A stretch of 64,000 bases of DNA from Eledone cirrhosa. Taxonomy: Eukaryota. The stretch lies in NCBI GenBank assembly GCA_964016885.1, contig OZ024740.1, positions 274,226,001 through 274,290,000 on the forward strand, in the 5' to 3' direction. A program made the position numbers and the translations under genes. The notes beneath the pieces were generated by a model. That model was not told the DNA's origin, made no database searches, and was given only the letters and a program-made list of their open reading frames with translations. The stretch's first letter is position 1. The number at the start of each line of letters is the position of its first letter. Below, piece by piece: positions 41,250-56,115 of the stretch.

Positions 41250-41369
41250 ATTTCATTTTATAAAATCCAATATGCAAATGTAAAGAGAACTTGTCAAATA
41301 CTTCCTGCTTGGATAAGTTCATCATACATATTGGCACTTTATTGCAATGACCTAAATGAGGATGTTTGT

Positions 41370-42003
41370 GGCAAGGTAGCATTCTGGTCTAAGCTAGAAC
41401 TGGCTTTGAAGATACCAGAATGCAGTACATGTTCTGTTGTTGTGGGCATCTATCTTGTTGTTATCTTGGCTGGTTGCAGAGAAGATGGTCCTGAGACACT
41501 TAATGACCAACCCCTTTCATTGAGTTTGAAGAAGTATTTTTCAGAAGGTGAGATGCCAATGAATACTATTTTGTCTTGCCATATTGATGTTTCTGGCAAT
41601 ATATAATGTATACATATTGAGAAATTCAATGGCTGATTAAACATTGATGTGATTTACATCAATTATTGGGAGGTCATCAGCATAGTGACTGTCAGTAACA
41701 CTAAAATCTCATCTCACATTGGGGAAATCCAATCGGTGACATAATTGAGAAATGTTAGAGGTAGAGCACAACCATTCTTCTTCTTGTCATATGACACATG
41801 CACAATATTTAGAGAGGTAGACCAAGACCAGTGATCCACACTAAGGCATTATTTGTAGCATTATGGATTGCTTCCAGACTGTCAGGAAAACGTCTGTGTG
41901 GCCAATCCTGAACAACATACAGTACTGTCTGGTCAAGGTCCCCACAGCCATATGCTGGGCTGTCTTTCGTTTTCCATCGATGGAGACATTGTCCTGGAAT
42001 GTG
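41370..42003 (-). pseudogene. Decayed 3' end of another RTE-clade LINE
   Basis: Minus strand gives GQCLHRWK/MENERQP..ML, RIGHT/RFPDSL and a terminal IFKASSSL; heavily degraded. Confidence 0.35.
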
Positions 42004-42029
42004 TTGTCATCATCATCATCATCATCATC

Positions 42030-42760
42030 ACCTCATCCCAGGTCATCTTGGGTCTCCCCATTCCGCAGTTACCATCGACTTCTAGTGCTCTGCACCTTTT
42101 ATGCAGCTGTCATCCTTCATACGCATCACATGTCCATACCAATGCATCCGCCTCTCCTGCACACAGCATTTGATTCCTCTTATGCTCAGTCTCTCTCTCA
42201 ATTCATTTATGCTTTGTCGTTCGCGTATATTACTATTACACATCCATCGGAGCATGCAGGCTTCGTTTCTTTCTAATCTACGTAAGGCTTCCACCTTCAG
42301 CGCCCAGGTCTCACTACCATGTAACATTGCTGTTCGGATACACGCATCATACAGTCTGCCTTTCATTTTGAGGGAGAAGCCTTTTGCAGCTGGTAGTGGT
42401 AGTAGTTCCCTGAACTTATTCCATTCCGTTCTTACCCTAGTTATTGTACTTTCTGAACACCCACCTCCGCTGCTAATTTGGTCACCTAGGTAGCAGAAGC
42501 TGTCTACTGTCTCTACAGAGCCCTCCCAGAGATTGGTGGTACTTGTTTCTTGTGGCTGTTTGCTGCTTGCTGTCTCATCACAGCTGCTGCATGTGAAGCC
42601 TACATTCTTAATTAAGCTTCCTGAGATCCCGCTACATCTCTTGTGTACACATTCTTTGCATTTGGGGCAGAGAAGGGAGTTCCTACCTACACCTTTCCTA
42701 CATACTGAGCAAGGCCATTTCCCTGATTGGATCTGGGATCTGTTTTGTGTGGATCTGATT
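42030..42760 (-). pseudogene. RTE family 2 RT C-terminal fragment with PHD-type finger
   Basis: ORF 42082-42780: KWPCSVCRKGVGRNSLLCPKCKECVHKRC...CSSC...DSFCYLGD...MLHGSETW...WYGHV. Confidence 0.9.
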
Positions 42761-43361
42761 AAGGAACACCCACTGGACATCTGTGTGAGTTTGAAGGAAT
42801 GATATTCCTCACTGAAACATCCCTGCTGAAAACCATACAGATTTTGCCCAGTACATAGTCCGCACGTGTTTAAATCTGCTTCAAAGTTGTTCTCCAGTTT
42901 CTATATAGATTCATGTACATCTTTGATAGTTGTTAATTGAAAGTTGCATGTATAGTGGTGGGTTAAGTGCAATCTATGTATGCTTCATTAATTTGGTTTG
43001 AAGATGGGTTGCTATTGTGCTATTGAGGAGATTCACCAAATAGTCACACCACTGGATGAGACACTCATCTAGATTCGAGACTTCTATAAATTAGGCAACA
43101 AGAATCATTTCACTTAAATGTGACTAGCTCTTTGTGATATATTTTAGAAGTTGGTACAGCTTTCACAGATCTTTTCCAGAAGCTTCATATTCCATTTCTG
43201 GAGATATACTGCACCAGTAACCATTATTTATTGTAATCAGAGAAGCTGCCAATTAATAGCACTACAGTTTTTATATACAAGATCTGGAAAATGATATATG
43301 ACTTTAGACTGAGGAAAAAATCAAGTACTTGGTGGAGTTCAATTGGTAATCCCCTTCAAAT

Positions 43362-43645
43362 GGTGGAGGAGTGTGACCTAGTGGTAAGAGTGTTGGACTT
43401 ACAATCACAATTTTGTGGGTTCGATTATTGTACAGGATTATGTGTTGTATTCTTGAGCAAACCGCTTCATTTCACATTGTTCCATTATACACAGCTGAAA
43501 CTGAGTACCAGTAATAGCTGGCGGTGTCAGCCTACAATGGACTGGCACCCTGTCCAGAGAAAGTCTTGTACTCTCAGTTGCCATGAAACTGGGATAAGCA
43601 CCAGCCTAACGAATCTTAAATGGCTTAAGACAGGATTAAGACTTT
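43362..43645 (+). mobile_element. Older tRNA-headed SINE
   Basis: GTGACCTAGTGGTAAG / GGGTTCGATT boxes, TTCTTGAGCAAACCGCTTCATTTCAC, and ATGGACTGGCACCCTGTCCAG. Confidence 0.7.
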
Positions 43646-43893
43646 TAGGCTTTAGACTTAAACGTTAGCCTCTCATGTCTTATGTATCAGAATAATACTA
43701 AGAGTCAATGGGTACATAAACACATGAAATATATGTTTCCTTGTAGTTAATTGGATAATATAGATGTCTTCTGATAAGGGTTCGTATTTTCTGGCATATT
43801 TAAATGTATACATAGTTGATATATGTTGTTTCAGTCTCAGTTAAACATACTGTAATTATACAAATATATAGTTATGTTCATGTATATATATAC

Positions 43894-43927
<34 letters not shown>

Positions 43928-44067
43928 GGATTTTAGTTTTCACATTTATTATTATTACTATCTTTGCCTTTCATCCTTACGGGGTCGATAAAATAAAGTA
44001 CCAGTAATGTACTGGTGAATTTGCTGGCCTTGCGCCAAAAAGTAGAAACAATTATTGTTAATATATA

Positions 44068-44290
44068 AGGCAGTGGATTGGCAGTATTGGTAGGCGATGG
44101 ATTGGCAGTATTGGTAGAGGGTCAGCCGCCATGCTTTGATGCATAGAGTTACGGCCCTTCCCATTCTAAGTTCAAATCTCGCCGAGGTTAACTTTGCTTT
44201 TCATCCTTACGGGGTTGATAAAATAAAGTACCAGTAATACACTGGGATAATTGCTGGCATTGTGCCTAAAGTAGAAACAATTATTATTAC
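44068..44290 (+). mobile_element. SINE family B, full length (a 3' half copy lies upstream at 43960-44058)
   Basis: GTGGATTGGCAGTATTGGTAG head, AGTTCAAATC B box, CATCCTTACGGGGTTGATAAAATAAAGTACCAG core, (ATT)n tail. Further copies at about 26660-26770, 30720-30810, 35670-35800, 38440-38590, 40660-40780, 56355-56570, 60425-60645 and 61197-61382. Confidence 0.85.
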
Positions 44291-44437
44291 TATATACATA
44301 TATACACATATATATATATATATATACCTACAAAGTAACCAATAAACAAAAGGCATTACTCTAACTATAAATTCAGATGGGGTTTCTATGTGTTTTGTAT
44401 GTGTTTACAGCTGCATATTCACATATATAACATCAAT

Positions 44438-44479
<42 letters not shown>

Positions 44480-44992
44480 TATGCACACACGTAAATGTAT
44501 TATATATATATTATATATATATCTATATATATATCATCATCATCATCATTTTACGTCTGTTTTTCTCTGCATATGTGTGTATGTATGAATATAAGTATAT
44601 AAACACAATATATAAAACAATGTGCAACCTCAACTCACATACACATAACATAAAACGTTTATGTTTGCTCGTTCTCAGCAATTTTTTTGTGTCTTTCATA
44701 AATTTATCATTCCACAATCTCTTCCAATCTTCACTTTAACCATATTTAATAAGGGTACGAAAAGCAAGGTCACAATTGTCCATTTTTAAATGCAATCATA
44801 ACAAAATCAAGTTCTTGAACTGTTTGATGTAGCTCCCTGCTATTTTGCCCTCTCTGTGAGCAAACTTTACAAACACTCATTCCACCTTGCAATATACATC
44901 TCTTGAGTTCAGTCTCTGAGGAAATTTATCACTTCAGAACTGAAATGCACAAAATGTAACAATAAATATAACGGTAAACATAAATATATGTG

Positions 44993-45050
<58 letters not shown>

Positions 45051-45105
45051 CAAGCAGGGAAAAGCAGACGTAAAATGATGATGATGATGTATATATATAT
45101 GTATG

Positions 45106-45136
<31 letters not shown>

Positions 45137-45137
45137 G

Positions 45138-45257
<120 letters not shown>

Positions 45258-45883
45258 TATATACACACACACACACACATACACACACACACCTACATAC
45301 ACACAGTGACGTAAACAATACAAGCAGTGCAGATAGAGACCAAAATGTGTTAGATTCCCAAAAGTTCTACAAGCACATCACCTGTTTATTTTGAATAAAT
45401 TATTTCGCTTGTGCTTATGGCTGGTTCTTCTGAGAGTGTTATTCTTTTCTTTACATATCTGTCTGTTTTGTGTATGTTTTTGGCATGTGTTGTATTTTAG
45501 TTATTGTTTTCTTTTATTTATTCATTCTTGTTTAATTTATTTTTTCTTATTTTTAAGCAAGTTTGAAAACTTACAAAAAATAAGGGAAGGATGTGAAACA
45601 AAGAAACAAAGCAAAACAGAAAGAAGTAACATAAAGTATAAAAAATATTTGCAATTTAAACAAAATTTAAAACTTAAATCACAGAGAAAATAGTTTACGA
45701 GACAAAGGAACCTCAAGCAAGCAGAGAAATGAATTGAATTATAAAAAACATAATGAAATATTAAAATTTTACCCTGAAAAGGCAGATAATATGTGTGCGT
45801 ATATATATATATATATATATACAGGGAAACACCCTGTATATATATATATATATTCTTTGCTTAAACTTTAATCTGTTATTTTA

Positions 45884-46282
<399 letters not shown>

Positions 46283-47349
46283 ATAAAAAAAAAAAAAAGA
46301 AACTTTCGCGCTACATGGCTGAATACATTAAATGTAATCTGAGTTTTTTTAATATTAATAATAACATTCAATTCGTTTGCAATCATGCAAACAAGCCTCA
46401 TTTTTAAAGCCATGTTTTACATGTTAGCATGTGCTGGATGATTCTTAAGAAATATGTTCAGTACTTAAGTAGATCTATGGCCCAGCATGAGGATTTTGTG
46501 GGTTCCAGTCTGGTTTCCATTGCTGGATGCCATTTCTAATACTAAACAGTTTACAGTATATACTCTGTTTATTTTATCATTACACCAGTACAAGGAAGGC
46601 TTTCATGTCCTTGATCAATTCTTTGGCATGTTATGCAAAGCTTGGGGCTCTTCCTAAATCCAACCCTATTACAGAGATTACTGAAGAGACCTTATGATCT
46701 TTAAGAAAGTGTCACTTTGCTAAAAGGCAAAAACCTCAAGAATGAAAATGGAATAGCGTTGTGGCTATGGCAGCTATGATTCTATGGTTATTAACATTAG
46801 ACAGAGAGATGAGGTTATATGTTAGTTGGTATTTGGAGATTGAGTAGAAATGTGAGCAAGAGGTGATTAAGAGATGGATAGTAACTTTGATCATTAGATT
46901 ACCAGCAGAAAGAGACATGACAGAAAAAGAAGTGTGCTATGATTAGCAAAAGATAACAACGTTCAAGACAGGAGTTAGTTAGATATAAATGGGTGGGAAG
47001 TAACTGTAATAGTTTAGGGACAGTGGTAAGTGTGGTGGTAAAAGTGATATTTGGGTCTGGTATAGTCAAGCTAAGTTTCACTTCTTGATACTGGTGTAAT
47101 GCTAATGTGCATGCGGGACAATGTGTAAGAATAACCAGTCATAGTGTACAAAAGAGAAGATGACAATAGTATAAAGAATCAAACATTCTAGTTGATGGCA
47201 CCTATGAAAAAAGAAGGTTGAGAAAGACATAAGATGAAATGGTGAATGCTAACATCATAAAGGTGAAGATTTAAACAGAGTTAGAATAGGGAACTAGTGG
47301 TATAACCCATACCTGGACATAAAAGTATGAAAATATTGATTAAATAATA

Positions 47350-48127
47350 CATAAAAACGACGGAAGGATTTCTAATTCCAGCATCGGACCAGGGTCTACC
47401 TACCAGAAACTACCAGAAGTACATAATCAAACAAAGCACAATAAGTAACTGTAGAATATGTGGAGATAGGGAAGAAACAATCAACCACATAGTCTCTGGA
47501 TGCCCAGCTCTAGCCTAAAAAGAATATGTCCACAGGCATGATATAGTTAGGACCTTAATACACTGGAAGTTATGCCAGCATTATGAAAGACCAACAGAAA
47601 AAGATGGCAGAAACACACACCAGAAAAAAGTGTCAGAGAATGACAAAGAAACCATTCTCTGGGATATGTCAATACATACAGACAGAGAGATCAATGCCAA
47701 CTGACCAGATATTATAGTCAAAGACCACAAAGGAAAAAAGTTCCTTCTAATAAATGTATTTATCCCCACAGATGACAATATATCTTCCAAGGAAATAGAG
47801 AAACTCTCCAAATATAAAGATCTAGAAATAGAAATAACTCGAATGTGGAAAATGAAAAGAGAAACAATACCTATAATAATAGTTGCTCTAGGAATGATAA
47901 AAACACACCCAGGACTTACAAATATACACAGCATACAAAAGATAGCACTACTCGGCAATGCACACATATTACGAAAAGTACTATCAATACAACAGAAACA
48001 ACCTCAGCAAAAACTACACTGTTCATACCCAAGGCGCACAGAGCTGTGCTTGGTAAAATAGTAATGATGCGCAATAAAGATAATAATGGAAAGAATAATA
48101 ATAATAATGATGAAGATGATGATGATG
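47350..48127 (+). pseudogene. R4/Dong-like non-LTR retrotransposon 3' fragment (CCHC knuckle plus restriction-like endonuclease)
   Basis: EGFLI..DQGLPTRNY, CRICGDREETINHIVSGC, HRHD, ILWD, PDIIVKD, EKLSKYKDLEIEITRMW, IIVALG and QKIALLGNAHILRKVL, followed by a (TAA)n/(GAT)n tail. Confidence 0.88.
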
Positions 48128-50839
48128 AAGTCAGTGTGCTTGAATCCTACATCATTTTATTGATTACTTTGTTACTGTTAAGTATATATTTCAATAGCAT
48201 CTATTATTTAATTAATACAACCTCATTAGACAGTTATTTTGTTCAATGTGTGATATATCCTGAGTGAGTTTTGATGTTGCTCCTCCAATGCTCAGCTTAC
48301 ACACACACACACACACATATATATATACATATATATATAGTAATAATAAATGTGAAGACTACAATCCGAAGAGGGCTCGATAAGGATTATATATATATAA
48401 AGATATGGATTCACAGCTCTATCATCACTCATTCATAGCCAATGGACTTTTCCATCAACCCTCATTATAGAGGGTGGGAAAATGCAGAAAAGCTAGAAAA
48501 AAGTGTAAAGAAAAAGAGAAAATAAAAACACATTTGGGCTTGTTTTTAAATCATTGTGTTTGTAAAAAGAGGAATATGTGAACAGATTAGTGTGAGCATA
48601 TAGGCAAACACATATATATTCAGCTAAGTGTAGGAGCACACATATGAAGCAGATGAATATTGTATGTGTATGTGAACCTTAGAAGGTTTGGAGTATTCCA
48701 CAAAGTGGGGTCATTTGTTCTGTCCAGATAGGTATAGACAAACATATGCAGAGGTAGTTAAGTATATGAGGGCTAAGATATTCCACAGAAATTAGCTATA
48801 TCAGAATACAAATTTTTTATAGAAACATCATTGAGCCTAAAAATGTAGCACCCACATCCAATAACACAAAATCATAGGAAAATCTCTACTAACTATCCTT
48901 AAAAAGAAATGTATTGACAAAACAGCCTTTAATTTATGCAGATTCATGTTGCTAAACACAAGAAGCTGAAATGATGCAGTGATTTCTATTAGTTTTGAAG
49001 AATCTTAAGTTGATTAGAAAAGATGCATTTATCAAATTAATTACATTACATCCATCCTGTCAATGGTTCCTGGTAGTGAGAGGTGTTTAATATCTTTTAA
49101 ATTCATTACAAAATATATGACAACTACAACAACAAAAAAATAGACAAATATTGTTTGTCAAAGTTTAATACCAAATAAGATTTCATTCATGTGTAATAAA
49201 TTGAAGGAGCGCAAAACATAATTTTATTACACTATTGAAACATAAGCAAAGATTCTAATTTGTTTGCATGTTTTCCACGGAGGTTTCCAATTTCCATGCA
49301 ATTCCCTTGCTGTTGAATTCGTTCATATCAATTTGAATTTTTTTTTTTTTCTATGGACAAAATTTGTTCTACATGAATTCTGTTCAAAAAGCTTAACTCT
49401 ATAATCATGGTTGTTAGACAAATTCTAACGACATGGATGATGGATAAAAATGTTCTTCCTTTGTTTTTATTTTCTTTGTTAATTTCTCAAATGTTGTGCT
49501 TGTCTTTATGAAGTGATGGAATTCTTTTAATTCCTTCTATTGCGAAATGATCAAAAAATAAAATATGTTAGGAAATATAAGACCAGCAATGATCCAATGT
49601 TGAACTTTAGAACAGCAATTCAATCTGATTTAGCTTGGCAGAGAGATGAAATAATTGGTACATAGTCAAAGACAACCTGAAGGCTTTTTTCTCATTAAAT
49701 TATATATTGCTATCAATCTTTAATCACAATATATTATCTCAATAAGATTACAAGGTAAGGTGAGTGACTAAATAGATACAGTATTGAACTGCTTTTCCAT
49801 GAGTAATGAGTTCAAATTGGCTACATGTATATTGTGAATTGGGACAAACCCATTAATTCTACTCAGTTGTGTGCAATTGCTAAGTTATCATCATCATCAT
49901 CATCTCCATCACCATTTTATGTAAATTCTTCCACGTTAGCATGAGTTAGACGAGTTGTCCTGTTGTAGGCAATGCTAGGTCAGGTGACCATATCTTACTC
50001 ATATAGAACTGATTCAGGCTTGATTTCTACAGCTGGATGCCCTTCCTAGTGTCAACCATATTTACAGTGAGTACTAGGTGTCATCTGAAAAATGTATCAA
50101 CAGATACAATAATTGAATAGGATCCTTTCAAGAAATAGGTTTATCATTCATTTACTAATTACTACAAAAGCTAGATTTCAACATTAGCATTATAAATTCT
50201 CTGGGAGAGGAGATGGGCTCAGCCAAGTATTTTTTTTAAATGCCCTTGAATCATTGTATGTCAATACAACATCCCTTATGACTGCCTCAGGAGTTAGGGA
50301 CCACGTATGCATTATAAATTCTAATTATTTATAATAAAGAATTGTAAAAGAGACTGAAACTAGATTTAGGGGCATACATGCCTTCTCATCAATACTCATA
50401 GGTGTTTGTTTGTGCTTTATTCAATTTGTTTTTTAGTCTTCATTAATAATTCATGTTAATTATAAATAATTGTATATTCGACAGTCCCTGTAGTAAACAT
50501 GTAAGTTTTTAACAATCTCTGAATAAACTGCAAATTCTGCCATCTATGTGCTCGCTGGACTAAATTTCCTTTAAATTACATCTCATCATTTTAAAAAAAG
50601 GACACATAAGTTAATGTGGAACTAAGTTCTTTGCACATAGATAACCACAGATGAAATAACTTTGATCATAGGTCTCCTCAACCAGGGTCAATTTGGGAGC
50701 AAAATACACCATATCACACTCTAATGAACAATATTAGAAAACAGCATGAAATAATGAAATAGCAAAGCTGGAAACGAACCTACTTTGTGGACTGAACTTG
50801 CTAGAACTTTAGGAACACTATGTCATATATATATACATA

Positions 50840-51068
50840 TATCATCATCATCATCATTTTACGTCCACTTTTCCCTGCTTGCAACAGTAGAACGGGTCCT
50901 ATTCAACACAGCATCTCTCCACTTGTCACAGTCCTTCGTCATCTCCTCCGTGAGCTTCAGCGAAATGGGGTCCGCTCTCACCACCTGCACCCAAGATTTT
51001 TGTGTGGTCTTTCTTCTACTGGGATTTCTTGGCACTTTTTTACCCAGCGGTCATCCTCCATGCACATC
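50840..51068 (-). mobile_element. RTE family 1-like 3' end fragment
   Basis: Reverse complement of about 15305-15535. Confidence 0.8.
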
Positions 51069-51077
51069 ACTCACACT

Positions 51078-51120
<43 letters not shown>

Positions 51121-51125
51121 GCATA

Positions 51126-51802
51126 CATCATCATCATCATCATCGTTTAACGTCCATCTTCCATGCTTGCATGGGTTTGGACGGGAGTTTTCCCACTTGA
51201 GGCAAGATTTGTTGTCCTGCTCGTATAGGACTGTCTGGCGGGTTTTCTATGGCTGGATGCCCTTCCTAACACCAACCACGTTTACAGTGTGGACTGGGAG
51301 GTTTTTACTGTGTTACCTACACCGCCACATTACAGTGTGGACTGTGTGTTTTTTTGTTGTGACACCTACATGACCTCATCTGTTTTAGACTGGATGTTGT
51401 GGTACCAACATAACATTACATTGAAAGGGGTGGTGTGGATGGAGTGGGGGTAGTGGGACGGGGGTGTATTTTTGTTAGAGGTGCCTACTGACGGTAGTAG
51501 GTTTCACTTTGTACTTAGGTAAGTTGGGTCTTCTGTATTACTGTGTAGCGCCAAAGATCATGGTCCAGTGACATTGTTTTGGAGAGGTGTGTGTGAGGTC
51601 GGAATTTATCAACTCGTCGCAGGTTTTTCTGGGTCTGCCAACTCCATGGCTACCGTCTATTTTTATTGCCCTGCACTTTTTTATACAGCTGTCGTCTTTC
51701 ATGCACATCACGTGACCATACCAACGTAGTCTTCTCTTGAGTAAACAACATCTGATCCCTCTTATTTCTAATTTTCCCTTAGTTCATTTATGCTTTGCCG
51801 TG
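51126..51802 (-). mobile_element. 5'-truncated RTE family 2 3' end
   Basis: Colinear with 62790-63460. Confidence 0.85.
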
Positions 51803-51929
51803 CATACATACATATATATATATATATGTATGCATACATATATGAATATATATCATATATATATATATATATCATATACATACTTATAAATATAAATATG
51901 TATATATATATGTATATATATAAATAGTT

Positions 51930-52960
51930 GGGGTCTCTGATCTCTGAGCACTGCACTCTATCAAGTAACATTACTCCACAGACCCTTCAGAGGAATCCTA
52001 TTTCAGCTGCCTGTATTTGTTATCTTATACTTTCAATCATTACCCAAGATTCATGACCATAAGTAAGGGTTGGCACAAACACAGTATTAAAGCTAGCGAG
52101 TTTGGCTTTTACACCTATCTCTATTCTGTTGACCGAATGCATTAGTTTCTACAGTTCTTGCACTTAATTCAGCGCCCTGCCCTCCATCCATCATGAACAC
52201 AGCCCGGAGATACTTGAATGTTTCTAACTTGTTAAGTGGAACTCCACTCGCAGGTAGAGTGCTCTTTATAGGCTTCCTTGAGAGGACAAGTGTCACAGTC
52301 TTTGCAGCACTGATTTTCATTCCTGCCACGCAACACTTGGGAGCCAACCTCTCAAGTGGATGTCAAATATTATTTACTGACTAGTTAAGTAATACCTTGT
52401 CATCTGCAAGTTCCAGCTGACTTATTTTACACCCACCAGTCTCACTATCATTTCCAACCTGGCTGTGCATGTGAATCCTGTCCATGGAGAGCATGAACAG
52501 GAGAGGTGAGAGTATGCTCCCTTGGCAGAGTCTGAGACCCACATTGAATGTTTTTGACTTAGAATTATTCATCAAATACTGTATGGCAACCCCAGGGCAA
52601 CAAGAACCTTTCCATTGATCCCATATACTTGCAGAAACTTCATCAAGAGATCTTGTGGAATGCAGTAATATGCCGATTTGAGATCAATAAAACAAACATA
52701 CACCTCGACCAGAATAATTTATTTCCTGATCTGAACAGATTCCAGTTTGACTCCAGAACACTCTCATGTCTTAACTTAGGATACATTTACTGTCTTATCA
52801 ACGATTAGTTGTACTGCATGTGCAAGAAGGAGGAATTATTTCCAAGCAAAGCTTTGTAAATATCCTTCTTTGCTCAGATTGCATCTTTGACTACTTGATA
52901 TAACCAAGGGTTCCTCCAGCCACCAGATGCCACATGAAGCCACTTTTGCCTGCAGCATTT
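51930..52960 (-). pseudogene. Decayed RT of a distinct RTE-clade LINE
   Basis: FNVGLRLCQGSILSPLLFMLSMDRI, LADD, GMKISAAKT, FKYL and PTLTYGHESW motifs. Confidence 0.8.
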
Positions 52961-53154
52961 AACAGCTGTCAAATAATCAAATAATCATAAAAGTAAGTTA
53001 GTTGGATATGTTGAAACATCATGCAAATGTTATGGTGCTGAAATAAGAACTGTGCATTTGAAACTTTAAATGTTCTTAAATATTACACACAGACACACAT
53101 ACTGTATATATATATGTGTGTGTTTTGTGTGTGTGTAAGTGTATGCATATATAC

Positions 53155-53214
<60 letters not shown>

Positions 53215-53774
53215 GTAGTGTGTATTTATTTATATCATTTATAGATATATATTGATTTATTAATATTATTATTACTATTATATATTTTCAATATTATTTT
53301 ACTTGTTCATAATTTTGTAGTTCATGTCGATTTAGTAGTAAAAAATTGATCACAAAAAAGTCTGCCTTGAAAACTAAGTATCCTGTCAAAACAGGCTGTA
53401 CATATAAAATTTAGGAATAAACTATTACTGCATACTTCATAATATGAAACTGAATACTGCTACTCATGCTGCTGCTGCTGATTATGATGGTGATGATAAT
53501 GATGAGTGTGATGATGATGATGTTGGTAATGGTTGTGGCAGCAATGACAACCATGATAAAGAAGTTGTTTCCAACATTGCTAAGGATGATGAAAATGCTA
53601 GCGATAATATTACATATATGGTGGTATAAATGCAGTAAATATAAATTCTTATATATCTGTCTATATATATGGTGATTACAGTTTTCTTTTTGTTAAGGTG
53701 GTTATACATGCATATATACATGCATACATAAATACATACGTACATATATACGTACACACACACACATACATACA

Positions 53775-55030
53775 TCAGTATATATATAAAATTAAGTATG
53801 TGTGTCTGTGTATTACCTATAGGAGCCTACATCTTACGACCGATTTTCATGAATCTTTACAGACCCATAGATTAGTCATCGAGAAGTGTTTTCTATATAT
53901 CAGCGTATCGTTTTTTTTTATTCCGGGGACATTCTAAAGATAAAAATCGATAAGGGGGGGGGGGGTCACCTTTTTTTAGGAATCGGAAAATAAGATTTTT
54001 GGCTCTAGCCCCCACATTTTGCCATCGATTTTGTTCAAATTTTAAAGCAAAATAGAATTTATGATTTCACATCCTGTAATGGCTTTACATGTTGCATTTC
54101 TTGTTCAGGAACGGCGTGGCAGCCGCTTAAATATTCAAAAATAACACTTTTAAAATCAACTTTCCACTTTTTCGGCTTTAGCTCCCACATTAATCAACCT
54201 ACTTTGTTCAAATTTTAAACTATGCTAGATCTGATTATTTCACGTCTTAAGGTAGATTTTTTTTGTTCAGGAACGGCGTGGCAGTCGCTTAAATATTCGA
54301 AAATACCATCTCACACATATATCAATTTATTTGGTTCAACTTTTATACAACGATAGAACCTCTCATTGCACATCTTATAGTAGCTTTACACTTTGCATTT
54401 TTTGTTCAGGGATGGCGACCTATCATTAGCTCCCATATTTTTCAACCGATTTCGTTCAAATTTGAAACTTCGGCTCCACCTCACACATAAATCAATTTAT
54501 TTGGTTCGAGTTTTATACTACGATAGAACCTATCATTGCACATCTTATAGTAGCTTTACACTTTGCATTTTTTGTTCAGGGATGGCGACCTATCATTAGC
54601 TCCCATATTTTTCAACCGATTTCGTTCAAATTCGAAACTTCGGCTCTACCTCACACATAAATCAATTTATTTGGTTCAACTTTATACTACGATAGAACCT
54701 ATCATTGCACATCTTATAGATGGTCAAAGGCAAAACAATGGCCACTGACGTCGTCTGAGCTGTTAGTTCTGTATTTGAGAATTCATCGGTTTCCAATCAA
54801 GTAGCGCGAGGAAATTTGGCTTAGTGTTAGAGGTCATTACCTTCCTCTCCCAGCATGCCCCTTCGTCAGTCACTCGCGTTTCTCAGTGATAGAGGTCATC
54901 ACCACTCTCACTCGCATGGCCTGTGTGTGGCCATAGATGAGTCATAGAGAAGCAGTCGCTAAGATCAACACCTTTTCATCAAAGCAGATATTATTTTACC
55001 TACCCAGGCAATGCTGGGTATTGCTGCTAG
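53775..55030 (+). mobile_element. Non-autonomous Helitron with internal 170-bp repeats
   Basis: A|TCAGTATATATATAAAA start; CCCAGGCAATGCTGGG hairpin followed by CTAG|T at 55027-55031. Confidence 0.8.
54311..54718. repeat. 170-bp tandem repeat x2.4 inside Helitron
   Basis: Units start TCACACATA(T/A)ATCAATTTATTTGG at 54311, 54481 and 54651. More diverged relatives occur at about 54000-54300. Confidence 0.93.
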
Positions 55031-55132
55031 TACATATATAAGCAGAAGGAATATTCAATTTATTGGTAATTCAACAAATATAAATGTTTATAACTGATTC
55101 AGAGCACTTGACAAGTTTTCTGGAGTATAATA

Positions 55133-55388
55133 TTCAATGATATTAAATAAATGAAACTATATTTATAAAACCATATTTATTCTATTATATATATTTTAAG
55201 GGTACCAAAAACTATCCAAGGAAAATTGCAACCGTTAAGGTATGTTCCTTGGCTCTGTCAAAATTTATAAAACACACTTTGTATTTTATCTGATGAAAGC
55301 GTACCAAAGTTTTGGTACCCTTAAAATATGTATAATAGAATAAATATGGATTTATAGATATAGTTTCCATTTATTTAATATCATTGAA
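55133..55388. mobile_element. PLE-like inverted-repeat remnant (55133-55212 / 55308-55388)
   Basis: About 80-bp reverse-complement arms; the inversion breakpoint falls in the hammerhead stem II loop. Confidence 0.7.
55282..55342 (+). ncRNA. Hammerhead motif related to 22297-22363, with G12 mutated
   Basis: TATTTTAT-CTGATGA-AAGCGTACCAA agtt TTGGTACCCTT-AAA ATATGTAT A-ATAGAATA. Confidence 0.65.
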
Positions 55389-55392
55389 TTAC

Positions 55393-55456
<64 letters not shown>

Positions 55457-55458
<2 letters not shown>

Positions 55459-56115
55459 CATCATCATCATCATCATCATCATTTTACGTCTGCTTTTCCC
55501 TGCTTGCAAGGGTGGGATGGGTCCTATTCAACATCACTCCACTTGTCACGGTCGTTCGTCATCTCCACCGTGAGCTTCAGCGATTTGAGGTCTGTTCTCA
55601 CCACCTCTGCCCATATTTTTCGTAGTCTTCCTCTACTATGTCTTCCTTCAACTGACATTTTTTGGCACTTCTTCACCCAGCGGTCATCCTCCATGCACAT
55701 CACATATCCATACCATCACAGTCTCCTCTCCTACACACTACAATTTATCCTCTCAGGCACAGTTTCTCTCTCAACACATCTATGCTCGGTCGTTCACGCA
55801 TGTTGACATTGCACATCCAACAGAGCATGCTTGCCTCATTTCTCTCCAGCCATCTGCAGTTGCTGCCCATGTCTCACTACCATGCAACATCATGCATCTC
55901 ACACAGGCATCATATTACCAGCCTTTTGTATACAGGGAGAAACCCTTCTTTGTTAGCAGAGGAAGCAGCTCCCTAAACTTCTTCCAACTCATCCTTATTC
56001 TAGATACTATGGCCCCGGAACACCCCCTCCCATGTTAATCTGATCATATGTACCGGAAACTATCAACTACTACTATAGCACCCACCTGTATTTGAAAATT
56101 ATATCTATCAATGCG
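55457..56115 (-). mobile_element. 5'-truncated RTE family 1 copy
   Basis: Reverse complement of about 14880-15538, including the tail. Confidence 0.9.

Noticed and set aside
48360-48390. CCGAAGAGGGCTCGATAAGG as a hammerhead remnant
   Set aside because: No GAAA or stem III segment; too short to support.
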